Of a stretch of 64,000 bases of DNA, positions 25,739-37,068 are shown one piece after another; within the stretch, counting starts at the first letter, position 1; each line of letters starts with the position of its first letter. The DNA comes from Cenococcum geophilum (lineage: Eukaryota). Where the stretch lies: positions 1,984,001 to 2,048,000 of the forward strand of contig CP158635.1 of the NCBI GenBank assembly GCA_050273025.1. Direction: 5' to 3'. A program made the position numbers and the translations under genes. The notes under the pieces were generated by a model that saw only the letters and a list, made by a program, of their open reading frames with translations, ran no database searches and was not told the origin of the DNA.

Positions 25739-26739
25739 ATATATAATAGCAATATGCCTTATATGGTGACTATTTACCTTTATTCCTAACACGTACTATC
25801 TAACCCATCCCTTTATATAGCAACCGTTTCTTGCACTTTTTGTATATATACGCCTATAAGCCTATCTAGAGGCTCTATACCGTATATAGCTTAGTGTTAA
25901 AGCCTCTAGTCAGTGCGGTTACTTAACAGCAAAGGTGCCGGCGCCTTATTAACGCTTAGTAAACAGCAGCGAAGTGGCCAAAAAGCCTATATAATATTTA
26001 GTATAGTTAATTAAAAAGCTTTAATATTATCGCCGTCTATTTAATCCTTAAATTATTAGTAAAATGTTGTCCTTATACCGCCTGGCAGTAATTTAGTAGA
26101 CTTTAATAGAGGATTTTCCTATATAATTAGCAGCTGGTTAACGGAAGAAGGGCAGAAATCTACAGATATGGCGTTATATATTACGACTTCTTGCTTAACT
26201 TCCTCAAATACATATTGGTATTTTTAGTGGTGGCCTTTTATAACATTTTGTCGGCATCGCAATATTGACGTGTTTTAGTGGGGATTGCTAATAAAATCGC
26301 GCTAGCTAGGGTGCCTACAGCATACTAACCTAAGCAAAAGCGCCAAAAGCGCCTAATATAAAAAGTGACTTCTACCGCATAAAGGGATGGCCTAGTACGT
26401 AGATGCGTTATCCCTTACAACTATAAAATATATCCTATAATTATTAAACCAATTAGATTAAGTCAAGATATTTTAATTATTATTTTATCAGTGCATGATT
26501 ACTTAGTAGTAGGACGCTACTATTATAAGGGATAGTGTACCTCTTCCAAAGGCAATAAGAAAATTAATAGATTTTCTTTATACTGCTTGCTTACCTAGGA
26601 CTATTTATACTAATATAGTATTAATTACTTTATTTAAAGCTAAATAATATACTAGCTAGTTAAATAGGAATTTTAGATACTTATAGGGTTTAATTTCGTC
26701 CTTTATTCGCTTATTTATTTGTAGATTACACCTAACGGA

Positions 26740-27990
26740 ATTGTAAATCAATTAGAACAGCTTTAAACTCATCTAGCGATGCCCTAAAATTCTCCCTGCC
26801 TATACGAAATTCAATTTCCTACACCTTATACCAATACGCCTGCCCGTTGCCTTTAAAGGTTACTAGAACGTAGCGAATTAAGGACATTAGCTAAGATACA
26901 AGGCCGATTATTATTATTCTGCCGGTTTATGCTTTAAGGTGTTTCTATAACTAGTAAAGGATAACGTTCTTTAAAGGTGTATAGACGGGACACTTATTCT
27001 TATCGTTATTAGGTCTGTACCGCTTATAGAAGGAATAAATATAATAGTCTACAGACTATATGGATTCCCCTATGCTATAAATATCTTTATACTAAGCGCA
27101 TATTTCAGATAACAAACCGGTTATAATTAATGGCGAAGGAGCTAGCTGCTTCCCTCCTCTTTTATTGCGGACAGTTATAATTAAAATTACTCTTTCCAAC
27201 TCTGCCTGGCCTATATCCTTTAAGAGTCCTATATAAAGTGGCTCTTCAAGCCAGCGTAATATAGTTAAGAAATTCTGGTCGTTTATTAGGTTAAAGGCTA
27301 ATATCTTAGCCTTATTATCAGCCATCCGCGTGAGTAATTTAGTGCGAGTAGCATTATCCATAAGTACAAGTGCCTCTTTTTTGTCTAAATCAGTGTAGAG
27401 ACGGGAGTATAAATTATAGCAAGCATTATGCTCTATATCCCTAAGGACATCCCTACGATAAACTGCATTTAATTGATAATATAGGCGAAAGCGCGTATTT
27501 GGGTTATCGCAGCTATAAAACTCTTCTTTAAGGATATCCATTCTGGAGCTAGTGAAGATATATTTGTTAGGTGTTACTTGTAAAATCTATAGAAATAGAA
27601 GAAGTATACTTTAATATCTTAGCGATTAACTAATAAGTTAGGTCTTTTATAGTAAATCTACTTTCTAAAGTAAGTGGTAATTCCGAGGAAACGATTGCGT
27701 AAAGCCCTCAATTTTCAGAGGGGAGTATTTTATTGGTGTAATGGGTATTTCTAGGTACCTAAAGCATTGGCGTAAGCGAGGTCGACGGCTAGGACTGCTG
27801 GTTATAATATCATTATATATATCTAAATAGGTTTAAGTATATACTAGCGGACATGCTCTATAGAGACCAGGAATATCTTTATAATAATTAAACGCGCATC
27901 TATATCCCGATAATTATATAGTTATATATTAGCCTAAGGATATTCTAGAACCGTAGCAGTTATTTGCTTTGCCGCGAAACTCACCATAGA
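26740..27990 (-). pseudogene. Tandem paralog A of an unknown protein (Cys cluster near C-terminus); includes ORF 27092-27541
   Basis: Aligns with 28480-29800: SILLLFL*IL, MDILKEEFYS vs DILWEQFYS, LYSRLY, a CP.C-type motif, and YWYKV. Confidence 0.7.
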
Positions 27991-28479
27991 ATCTAAATCT
28001 AAATCGTATTTTCTCTTACGTACCATCTTATCCATATCTAGGCTATGTAGATATATTAACGTAAATTATTACTTTAAGTTAATAAGAAACTAATTATTTT
28101 TTCTTTATACTAGCTTATATACTTAAGATCCTCTATATTAATGCTGTGATGGTACTAGGGCGCGTTACCTGCCAAATTCCGCCGACCCTGACGTCTGCTA
28201 ACCAATCAGGATTTTCTATACTGGGCATGGAAAATCGCTATTAGCTCGCTTACCACTTAGCACCTTAGCGACCCCTTTATATTTGCGTTAACCCCTAAGG
28301 GCCTTCCTCCTCTTCTTCTCTTTAGCTTAGTATCTTTGTATAGTAGCAATCTACAAGCTTCGTCTTAGAGGAATTTATATAAGCCCGTTACAAATGCAGT
28401 CTTTTATAATTGCTATTAAAGGATATACTAGCTATTTAAGTAGGAATCTACTTATAGACTATACTTTATAGAATCGTGA

Positions 28480-29800
28480 ATTAACCAGAAGAGAGTTAAA
28501 AACTTTAAGATTATCTGCAAATACATTACCGAAATAACTTTTTAATACCTGCACCTTATACCAATACATCGGCCCGTCCTCTTTAAAGAGTACCAGGGCG
28601 TAACGAATTAAATTATTCGGCTAAGAGATAATGCCAAGCACCATTATACGTGTAGGCTTAATTGCTATAAGGTAATCCGACGATTAATAAGAGATAATGT
28701 TCTTTAGAGGTATACAAATTGGGCACTTATTCTCATCTAACTTATATTACTAATAGACGGTATAAACCTTACAATCCGCAATCTATTAAGTTTCCCCTAG
28801 AGAATATATATCTTTACAGCCATTGTATTATTTAAATAATGGATCGACCGCAACTAAACACGGATAATAATAACGACTCAGATTCCGTACCTTAAGAATC
28901 GTAGTTATTCTTCCTAACTCCCACTCGCTTATACAGTTAAGGACTCTTATATAACGTAACTCTTTAAGCCAGAAAATTGAAGTTGCAAGCTATTGACTAG
29001 GTATTAGGTTAAGGGTTAATACAATCTTCTTATCAGTTATGCCCATAAGCAGTTTATTATAAATAGCATCGTCTATAAGTATAAGCGCATCTTTTTAGTC
29101 CGCATCGCTGTAGAGGCGGGAGTATAAATCACAGCAGATATTAGGTTCTATTGCGTTAAGAGCACCTTTACGGCAAGTTATATCTAATTAATAATATAGG
29201 GTAGGGCGCGTCTTAGGATTATTATAACTGTAAAACTGTTCCCAAAGGATATCCATTCTATAATTGCGGAAGATGTATTTACTAGGTATTACTAGTAAAA
29301 TTTACAGAAATAGAAGAAGTATACTTTATATAGGTAATTATCTTTACAATTTATTAATAAATTAGGTCCTTTATAGTAAATCTACTTTCTAGGTTAAGTA
29401 GTAATTTTAAAAGAGCAATTATATGAGGCCACCAATTTTCAGAAGGAAGCATTTCCTTAATATAATAGGTATTTCCAGGGGCCTAAAGTAGCTTCGGTAT
29501 TAGTTAGTAGTAGCTATTAATGGTTATAGGCGTACGCGTAGTTAATAGTCTCTAGGAGATAGCCAGGGAAAAAAGGGTCAAGAGGTTCACTATTAGGCGT
29601 TCTCCGCACTGCTAATTATAATATCCTTAACTAAGGATCCCTAACTCCAGCTCTATATTTTAGCGCTCCTATCCCCTTTAGTTATATTATACCCTATAGC
29701 AGTTTCTAAATTCTTTCCTAAGGTCTAACACGACCTTAAATAATTAAGTATAATATTTAAATAAGTTCTATATTTAAGAAATTGGAATAAGTTATAACAT
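28480..29800 (-). pseudogene. Tandem paralog B of the same unknown protein
   Basis: DILWEQFYSY...ICCDLYSRLYSDAD*KDALILID...DCKVY...KCPICIP...VLGIIS*PNNLIRYALVLFKEDGPMYWYKV. Confidence 0.7.
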
Positions 29801-30589
29801 CATATATATATCCATTATTATCCTCCCCATTATCTCCCTCCTTCCTTCCGCCACCGCCGCCCCGCTTACTATGGATATAGGTTCTATCTAAAGCTATACT
29901 ATACCCGGCCTTTCGCTGCTTAGTGACTATAATGCTGCCTTAAACAATATATATAACTAATGGTTCCTATTTAGCATTAATAAATACGCCGGAGGGTCTT
30001 GCCTCGTTTATAATAATCTTACCTCCCTAAAGGTCAACCAAACAGTGCCAACTTACGATAGCCAGACAGCTATAATAGGTTTCCAATTTTGGTTTAATGG
30101 GACCTCACTAAGCAAGGATTTCTATACTACTTATTTCGCCTACACCTAGGGGCTAAAGACTCTCTGTAATATAAAAAACCAAGCAGTTATTATATAGAAA
30201 GCTTAGACGAAGCTTAATACTCCAGGATATATAGTGTAAATATATACACTGAGTGCTAAGAGCTAGCCTGTCTGCCTTTAAATGTCTAAATATTAGTTAT
30301 TAGTCTATTATTTTATCCTATATCCCTCTAATATAACCCGCCTATAATTTAAATCTTTAAATGGATTATATAATGTAAACGTAGCATAATCATTGCTAAA
30401 AACCCATAAGAAGGGTTAATATATTTCTATTCCTCCCAGTACCACCTTTAAGAAAACTATATAGATTTAAACACGTCTATACTAAATATATAATTCCTAG
30501 ACACCCCCCTCCTACTTTCTTTTTAAAGCTACGCTTTTAGTACTAGTAGTACCTATTAATGCATAAAACCCTTAGAGATTAGAGAGGTA

Positions 30590-31501
30590 ACTTACATCCA
30601 AAGTTAAGAATAGCGTAAAGAGGGTTAATAAGACCATGACTATAATATAACATAGAGCTCCTAAGCAATATCCACTAACCTCCCCCCTCTCCGCCTTAAT
30701 ATAATTGGGGAGGTATTTGGTTTTAAATAGTAAAATTTGCAAAACAATAGCTGGAATTAAAAAGGGGATACAGTAAACTAAACAATATAGTGCACGAAGG
30801 ATTCTTTTTAGTTAAATACTAAGGGCCTAAAAACGAGCCTCGAAGTAAGATGAAGGCTTAAATATAGATGAAAAAAATATTAAACTTAGAATTACGACCA
30901 AAACTAAACCCGGAATTAAGCAGTATATAATATTTATAGAAGTTACTCATATCAATACGTCATCCACAGCTTAAAGTTTCTTAAGTTAATCGCCTAGGAT
31001 CTTTGTAAAGGCTTTAGGCAGAACATTTATAAGGTTAAGTGGCAGGCTCCTATAATCGGCATAGTCGTTAAATATAATAGTGTAATTTTCCGTGCCTAAA
31101 CTGCAGTTCTTTGGCACCACATTATTTATAGAACTTTATACCGCACCTATAGCACTAGTAATAGCACTATAAGCTACGCTAATAAGGCTTTAGGCTCCCA
31201 CAGCAGCACTCTAAACCTTACTAGGTAGAGAGTTTAAGTTATTTAGATCTGGGATTCCTAAGCCACGTAATTAAAGCCACAAACTATCCCACACCTAAAG
31301 AGAGGGGGAGTTAAACTATACTTCTGTTAGTTCCTACAAGATATAACAATAGAGTTAGCCTCCTACAATTAATATAACAATACCAGCGTTTAAGTTCGCC
31401 TTTTTATAGATAACTAGGAGTGTAAGTGTAAAATATAAAAAAAACGCTGCGATATAGATTAGTAATGCAACTACCTACGGCCATAATATTTCTTTTAGCA
31501 T
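30590..31501 (-). pseudogene. Multi-pass membrane protein, SUR7/PalI-like topology
   Basis: N-terminal TM (VVALLIYIAAFFLYFTLTLLVI), loop motif VPKNCSLGTENYTIIFNDYADYRSLPLNL, then three hydrophobic helices ending GEVSGYCLGALCYIIVMVLLTLF. Confidence 0.55.
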
Positions 31502-32621
31502 TTTAATAAGATGAGGTGTAAGGGGATTTGTTGTAATAGTAAAAGGATATAAGTTACTATAAAATCCTCTTATAACGCGCCGTATCCCTACTATAATAAC
31601 CCTGTAGAAAAATGCCCCTAGCAAGAAACCATCTCCTACCTTTTAAAGAGTTTCTAAATAGCTGTGGTGGCAAGGGCAGAGTTACTTATCACTCCCTAAG
31701 GAACTACTAACGCGATCTTATACACCTTATTATCTAAAGAATGAATTAGGTGGATCAGATAGATTAGGTTAATTAGATAGGTTAGGTAGGCTTTTTTAAA
31801 CAGCTCTTTAACGACCCGGTAGCTCGATAAAGGTAATAGATAATTCTAAACTAGGCATGTACCCTTATATATACGTCTTCTTTAGGAGTAAAAGGTGAAC
31901 CTAGTTACATTTATACATTCCTTTAATCGCCTTAGTACTATAAGCTTTGTTTAATTCTTTTTCCTTATATATCTCACTTTTTTGCATTATAGCGTCGGCC
32001 TTTACCCTCGAATTGGATAGTATATTAGTTAGACGTAAATACACCCAGACATACTCCTGCAGAAAAGCACCTGCAAATGGCAAATTTCTAGGTTATATAC
32101 ACAAAACCAAAATAAAGACTGCTAGAAAGACATCCTCTCAAGGTAATATCCAATATTTATCTCGATTTTCGATTTTCTAATCATGGGTAGATGTCGCATT
32201 CAATATCGAGTTATCGGATTAATACATTAAAAAAACTCTCTCTACTAACTTAACTTTAGCGAGCGCTATATCTATTTAGTAGTAGTAGGTCATTAATCTA
32301 ACTAACGATACTAAGCATTGCGCTATTTATACAAATATTCTTAGCAAAGGGGAGAACAATAGCGCGCGTATATTTGTTTTAGAACGCTGCTGCTATATAA
32401 GCAACTCCTTAGAGCTAATGACCATTTCAACAGACTAACTAATTTATCATAGATTATCTATGGCGAATGTATTCTTAATAGTGGCCTAGAAGCTAAGGAT
32501 AAGTCAGGGATAATAGTTAAATAGTTTAACTGCCCTCGCTGGGATCATTCCTACTAAGGAGTGCAGAATACACCTAAGATTTTTGGAATTGACTGTTTGA
32601 TCTGCTGGAGAAGAGCTAATA

Positions 32622-32846
32622 ATGCTATTTATCGAATTCTTACCCCTTGCGGTAAGTTCCTATATATATTTAGATAATTTTAAGAAAAGTCTAACTATTA
32701 CAGGCCATTCATTCTGCTATAACTGTATTATAAAGTGGAACAGCTCTAAACATAGTGGTCATTGCCTATGTTATAGAAAACGCTTTAGTAAAGGCCTTAG
32801 CACGTTTCGAAAATTCAAAACAGTTCAGCGTGGTATCCTTCGTTAA
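32622..32846 (+). pseudogene. RING-finger (C3HC4)-like remnant
   Basis: ORF contains YIYLDNFKKSLTITGHSFCYNCIIKW...HCLCYRKRF, matching GHSFCxxCIxxW...CPxCR after de-RIP. The first Cys ligands are not cleanly recoverable. Confidence 0.5.
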
Positions 32847-33827
32847 ATATGTTTATAAGTTATTATATCCAGACTCGCAGTATGCACTTTCCTAAAACGC
32901 TCCCTTTGGGGAAGTTAACTTAGGTTCTAGGAGGGTGTAGTAAGATATTAATAAACCTTTAAAGGTAAGATAGGGAGATTCGATAGTATATAGAACTTAT
33001 TACACCTAATGCAAGGTTAAGAATATAAGTTCGTCCCAACCTACTCGTTAATTTGGTCATTTAGCCCTACCTTATTATCTCCACCGCTTTTTGCCCCGGT
33101 TGCCTTATTACACTAGTCTCCTATAATATACACTCTTTCTATTCCATTAGCGCTTATAATCCCCTCATTTTTGTGCTTATAAGCTTATTACGGATTAATT
33201 AAATTTTCCTACGGACTTAGGCATAGTTTATATAATACGCCGTTAATTCAAAATGTCTCTAATAGTCAAAAGGCGGTTTCCTTTTTTACACCTCAATACA
33301 AAGCAGATTTTTAGCTGTGTATACTGTGCATATCTCTAATTGAAATGCGGGTTACTACCCAGCCACTAAAGCGTAGGTGCACCCTTTAGTGATAGGTGTC
33401 CACAATATGCCGTATATATAGCGGGGTGCAGTGAGACCGGATTAGATAATGCGAGTTTATATATATCTAATTAGGGCTAAAAGCAAGTACAAATATCCGA
33501 TAAGTTTCCTTCCTTTTACCTACTATCCCATTAATCCTCTTTCCAACTCCTCCCACCTCTAGCTTAAAGCGTTCGCGTCTGCCACTATATACCCACCATA
33601 TCTTTCAGCACCCCCAATTAAATCTCTGTGGAGAATCTTAACCAAAATTAGGACTTTAGTTAAAATTCCTCTATTTAAATTCTCTTTAAAGCTATAACGG
33701 TAAACGGAACTCGCTAATCTAATCTAAGGTATATATTGGTCACATAGGGTAACTCACCAATAACGACTACTCGAGTAGGGTTATAGTGATATTAGGTAAT
33801 AAATCTTATTCAATTAAAATAAGGAAG

Positions 33828-33889
33828 GGCGAGGAGCTTAAGACTCCTCGCCACGCTAGTGCCGCGGCATCACGTAATGACCGCTTGCC
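33828..33889 (+). repeat. Hairpin + acgCTAGtgccgcggc motif, copy 2
   Basis: ggcgaggag-cttaaga-ctcctcgcc is a 9-bp stem, followed by acgctagtgccgcggc; homologous to 25677-25738. Confidence 0.8.
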
Positions 33890-34399
33890 TCATTCCCAAC
33901 AGTATAGCTAATATTTTATGTTTAGGTTCCTTTAAGGCAATGCCCAACTTGTCTTATAAATAGTGAGAAAAGTTAGGTAATTCCCGGAAAAGACTATCCT
34001 TAGTACGGTACTCCAGTAAACTATTTAGACTATTTAGTAAGTACCCTTTCCCGGCAATTTCTATACAAGTTGGCTAATAGATAAAGTACCTTAAATATAG
34101 GAGATTAGGCAATTTGTATACATTAAAGGCTTTAAACCTATAGGAGGAATATATTACTGCTAATTACATATAAGAAATGTACAGGACTTAGTTGTTCACT
34201 ATTTATTAACCCTTAACATTATTGCTAACCCGCAATTTTGTTCCCGAAACTCTTACCTAGTTACTCCACCATAGTTAAAACTGTGAAACCGTCTCCCCCC
34301 ATTTCAGCTCTACCACCCTCCTATACGGCTTCATTTCCAGTAAACAGTAAGAAATCTTTATTTAGCAAGCTCGCTATCTCCCCACCCTCCTACACATCT

Positions 34400-35150
34400 G
34401 CATCCTCAGTGGATGGATACTAATCTTCCTTTAGAAAATCTACTTTCTTCAAACCTTAAAACCACTCGGCTTTAGAAATAGAATAGTTAATAAAATAAAG
34501 ATCGTCTCTTTCCTTATCTAGGAAGAGATTGAGAATATAAGTCTCTAGAAGGCCAGAGAAAGCTTTAAGCACGCTAAAGAAAGGCTCCCCATCTTTGCCA
34601 ACCGTAACCCTACTATCTATATTTACCATTAACTGAAGTTCTTAAATAATATTCGGGCCAAAGCAATATACATTAGTATCATTTCTACCCTTTAGAGAAT
34701 CTTTGGCAATTTTTTTAACCTCCTTTATAAGAGCCTCCACGCCCTATGCCTCTAAATATATTTCAAGCTTCTTAAGAGTAAAGTCCCTTTCCTTTCTAGT
34801 TTTTTTAGGTCCCTTTAAAAGAGTCTCTACCTTAAGCCTGGGACTATTTATAAATAGGTACTTAGTTATACGCTCAGCAACCTCCCAAAGTAGTATAACC
34901 TCGCTTTTTTTATAGATGCCGATCTCCTGCAACAGTTTTTGCTATACAAATATAGCCGGTTTCCATGGTTCCTGGGTTTTATCCTTAAATTCTAAACTAT
35001 CGCTATCCTGAAGAGGATAAGGAGGAGGAGGAGGAGGAGGAGGAGAAAAAGGTGGAGGAAGTAGAGGCGGAGGCGGCGGTAGTAGTAGTAATGGCTGCAA
35101 TAGAAGAGTTATAATAGCTGCTTTAGGAAGAGGGTTAAAGGAGATGCTAA
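34400..35150 (-). pseudogene. Hypothetical protein with poly-proline tract; includes ORF 34744-34932
   Basis: The (GGA)n run at 35019-35045 reads as poly-Pro on the minus strand, in frame with ORF 34744-34932. Confidence 0.45.
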
Positions 35151-35739
35151 TAATCTAGGAAAAGAATTAAAGGTAATTCTAATAAGAAGATAGACTAATC
35201 TAGGATATTTAGGCTAATTTATAGATAGGTTATCTAATATCTCTACGAAAAAGAGGGGCGTGTAATGTAGTGAGATTATTATAACGCTGTTTATAGCGTC
35301 CTGTAAAAGACTTATCTTAAAAGCTAAGTTATAGATATAGCTTATAAACTATGACAACTTCCTAAAAATATAAGGATACTTTACTACCCAATTTTTAATA
35401 GGGAGTTCAGCCGGTTATAGGCATGCATATATATACACTAGTGGAAAATATATAAAAGGTTATATACTTAAAAGTCTATAGAACTTAAAGCGTATATAAT
35501 ACGGATAAGGTCCCTATAGGGGTATATATCACTTCGCTCTCTAACTATACTCTAGGCGTTAAGAAATATAGGGACGCTGTTAGTATTACGGGTAGTGAAG
35601 ATAGGCGAAGGTTAAAGTTTTATTACTATAGGCGTTAAATAATAAACTTTGTTTACGGATATCATATTCTAAGGAAAAATAAGATTTATTTCTTAATAAG
35701 TATAGAGATAGGGTGGGGAAATAGCTTACTAATCCAAGC

Positions 35740-36560
35740 ACTTAGTTCTTAAGATTTAAGGCTAGCCACTATTTAGAGCTTTAGGTCTCCTAAGTATATA
35801 AAAGGGTAAATATAAAAAATCTAAGTCCTAAGCACCGCCGCAGCTTTAGGCCTAATAAAGTACCTAATTATCAAGATTCCAAAACCTACCTATATACTAG
35901 TCCAAATAAAAGGGTATAAACAAGTACTTAAAGCCCCAATCGCCGCCGCAGCTATAGGCCCACCAAAGTGCCCGGCTATTAAGGTTTTAAAACCCATATA
36001 TATACCAGTCCAAACCGCACCACGAACCACTTTTATAAAATCTTAGTCAAGCTTCATTATACGCTTCCCTAAACCATCCAGAGCTAATCCTCTATCCTAT
36101 ATATATAGAATACAATTAGACTAGCTCTTACACCAGACCTAGCGTCCATTATGCTTAAATTATGCCAGGATCTTAGTACTATGGTTACTCGTCTAGCGGA
36201 GATAGTCTAAATATTAAGTTATATAACTTCTGAGCTTAGAGTATGGGCTAAAATAAGTACCAATTATCTTAACAACCTATAACTTCGTTAATTTCGCTTA
36301 GTAATCATATAGATAATAGCCTTACTTTAACTTTTCCTAGCTCCAGCTCTAAAAACTCTTTAAATTCGTGTAAAGAAGCCCTATCTACCTTAGAAATGTT
36401 CTCTCCGTCTTTAGGGACCCAACTGCCCAGAAACACCATATTGGTTATTTGCTCCATAATATACTCTAGCAGAGATAGAATGTACACGTTTAAGAGAAGT
36501 CCTTTAGTTATATTTATGTGCACCTCCAGCCACTAGGGCACAATTCTCTATATCCTCCCC
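35740..36560 (-). pseudogene. Hypothetical protein with a C-terminal duplicated 36-aa hydrophobic Gly/Ala-rich unit
   Basis: ORF 36305-36523 continues through RIP stops to VWTGIYMGFKTLIAGHFGGPIAAAAIGALSTCLYPF / IWTSI*VGFGILIIRYFIRPKAAAVLRT*IFYIYPF, a 108-bp duplication. Confidence 0.55.
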
Positions 36561-36569
36561 TTATAACGC

Positions 36570-37068
36570 AGCGAGGCAGAAAGTTAACCCGGTTAAGAGC
36601 AAAGGCGCTACTAAGAGCGCTAATATAGCTATAGCTACATTAGCGCTCTTAGTAGCGCCCTTTATATAACCGAGTATCCCTACAGAGACTCCGCGTTGGG
36701 CGTAGTAGCCTACTAACTTTTAAACCGTTCCTATACTTCTATTAACCCTTCCCTAGTAGGACGCCACCGTAATGCAATCCCCTATAAGAGCGATTACGAC
36801 ATCCTTAGAGTTATGCAAGCCACGCTTAGGATACTTCGTATCGATCTTTTAACCCATAAGATACCTATTTAAGAGGAAGTATAAAGACATTTTACGCCTT
36901 AATAAAAATTAATAGGTCGCTTTAATAACCACTAAGTCTAATATAGTTTCACCTCTACGGCACTTAGCTCTAAAAAAAGGAAATAAGTGCTTACCATCTC
37001 TTCTTTAGGGAAACTAATATTAGCTTCTAGGAGGGAAATTCTTAATTAGATGTGTCTAAATCTTAATA
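36570..37068 (+). repeat. Segment R copy 1 (499 bp) with loop-less palindrome at 36601-36663; bounded by GC dinucleotides
   Basis: Aligns with 40943-41359 (transitions plus internal indels). Confidence 0.9.
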
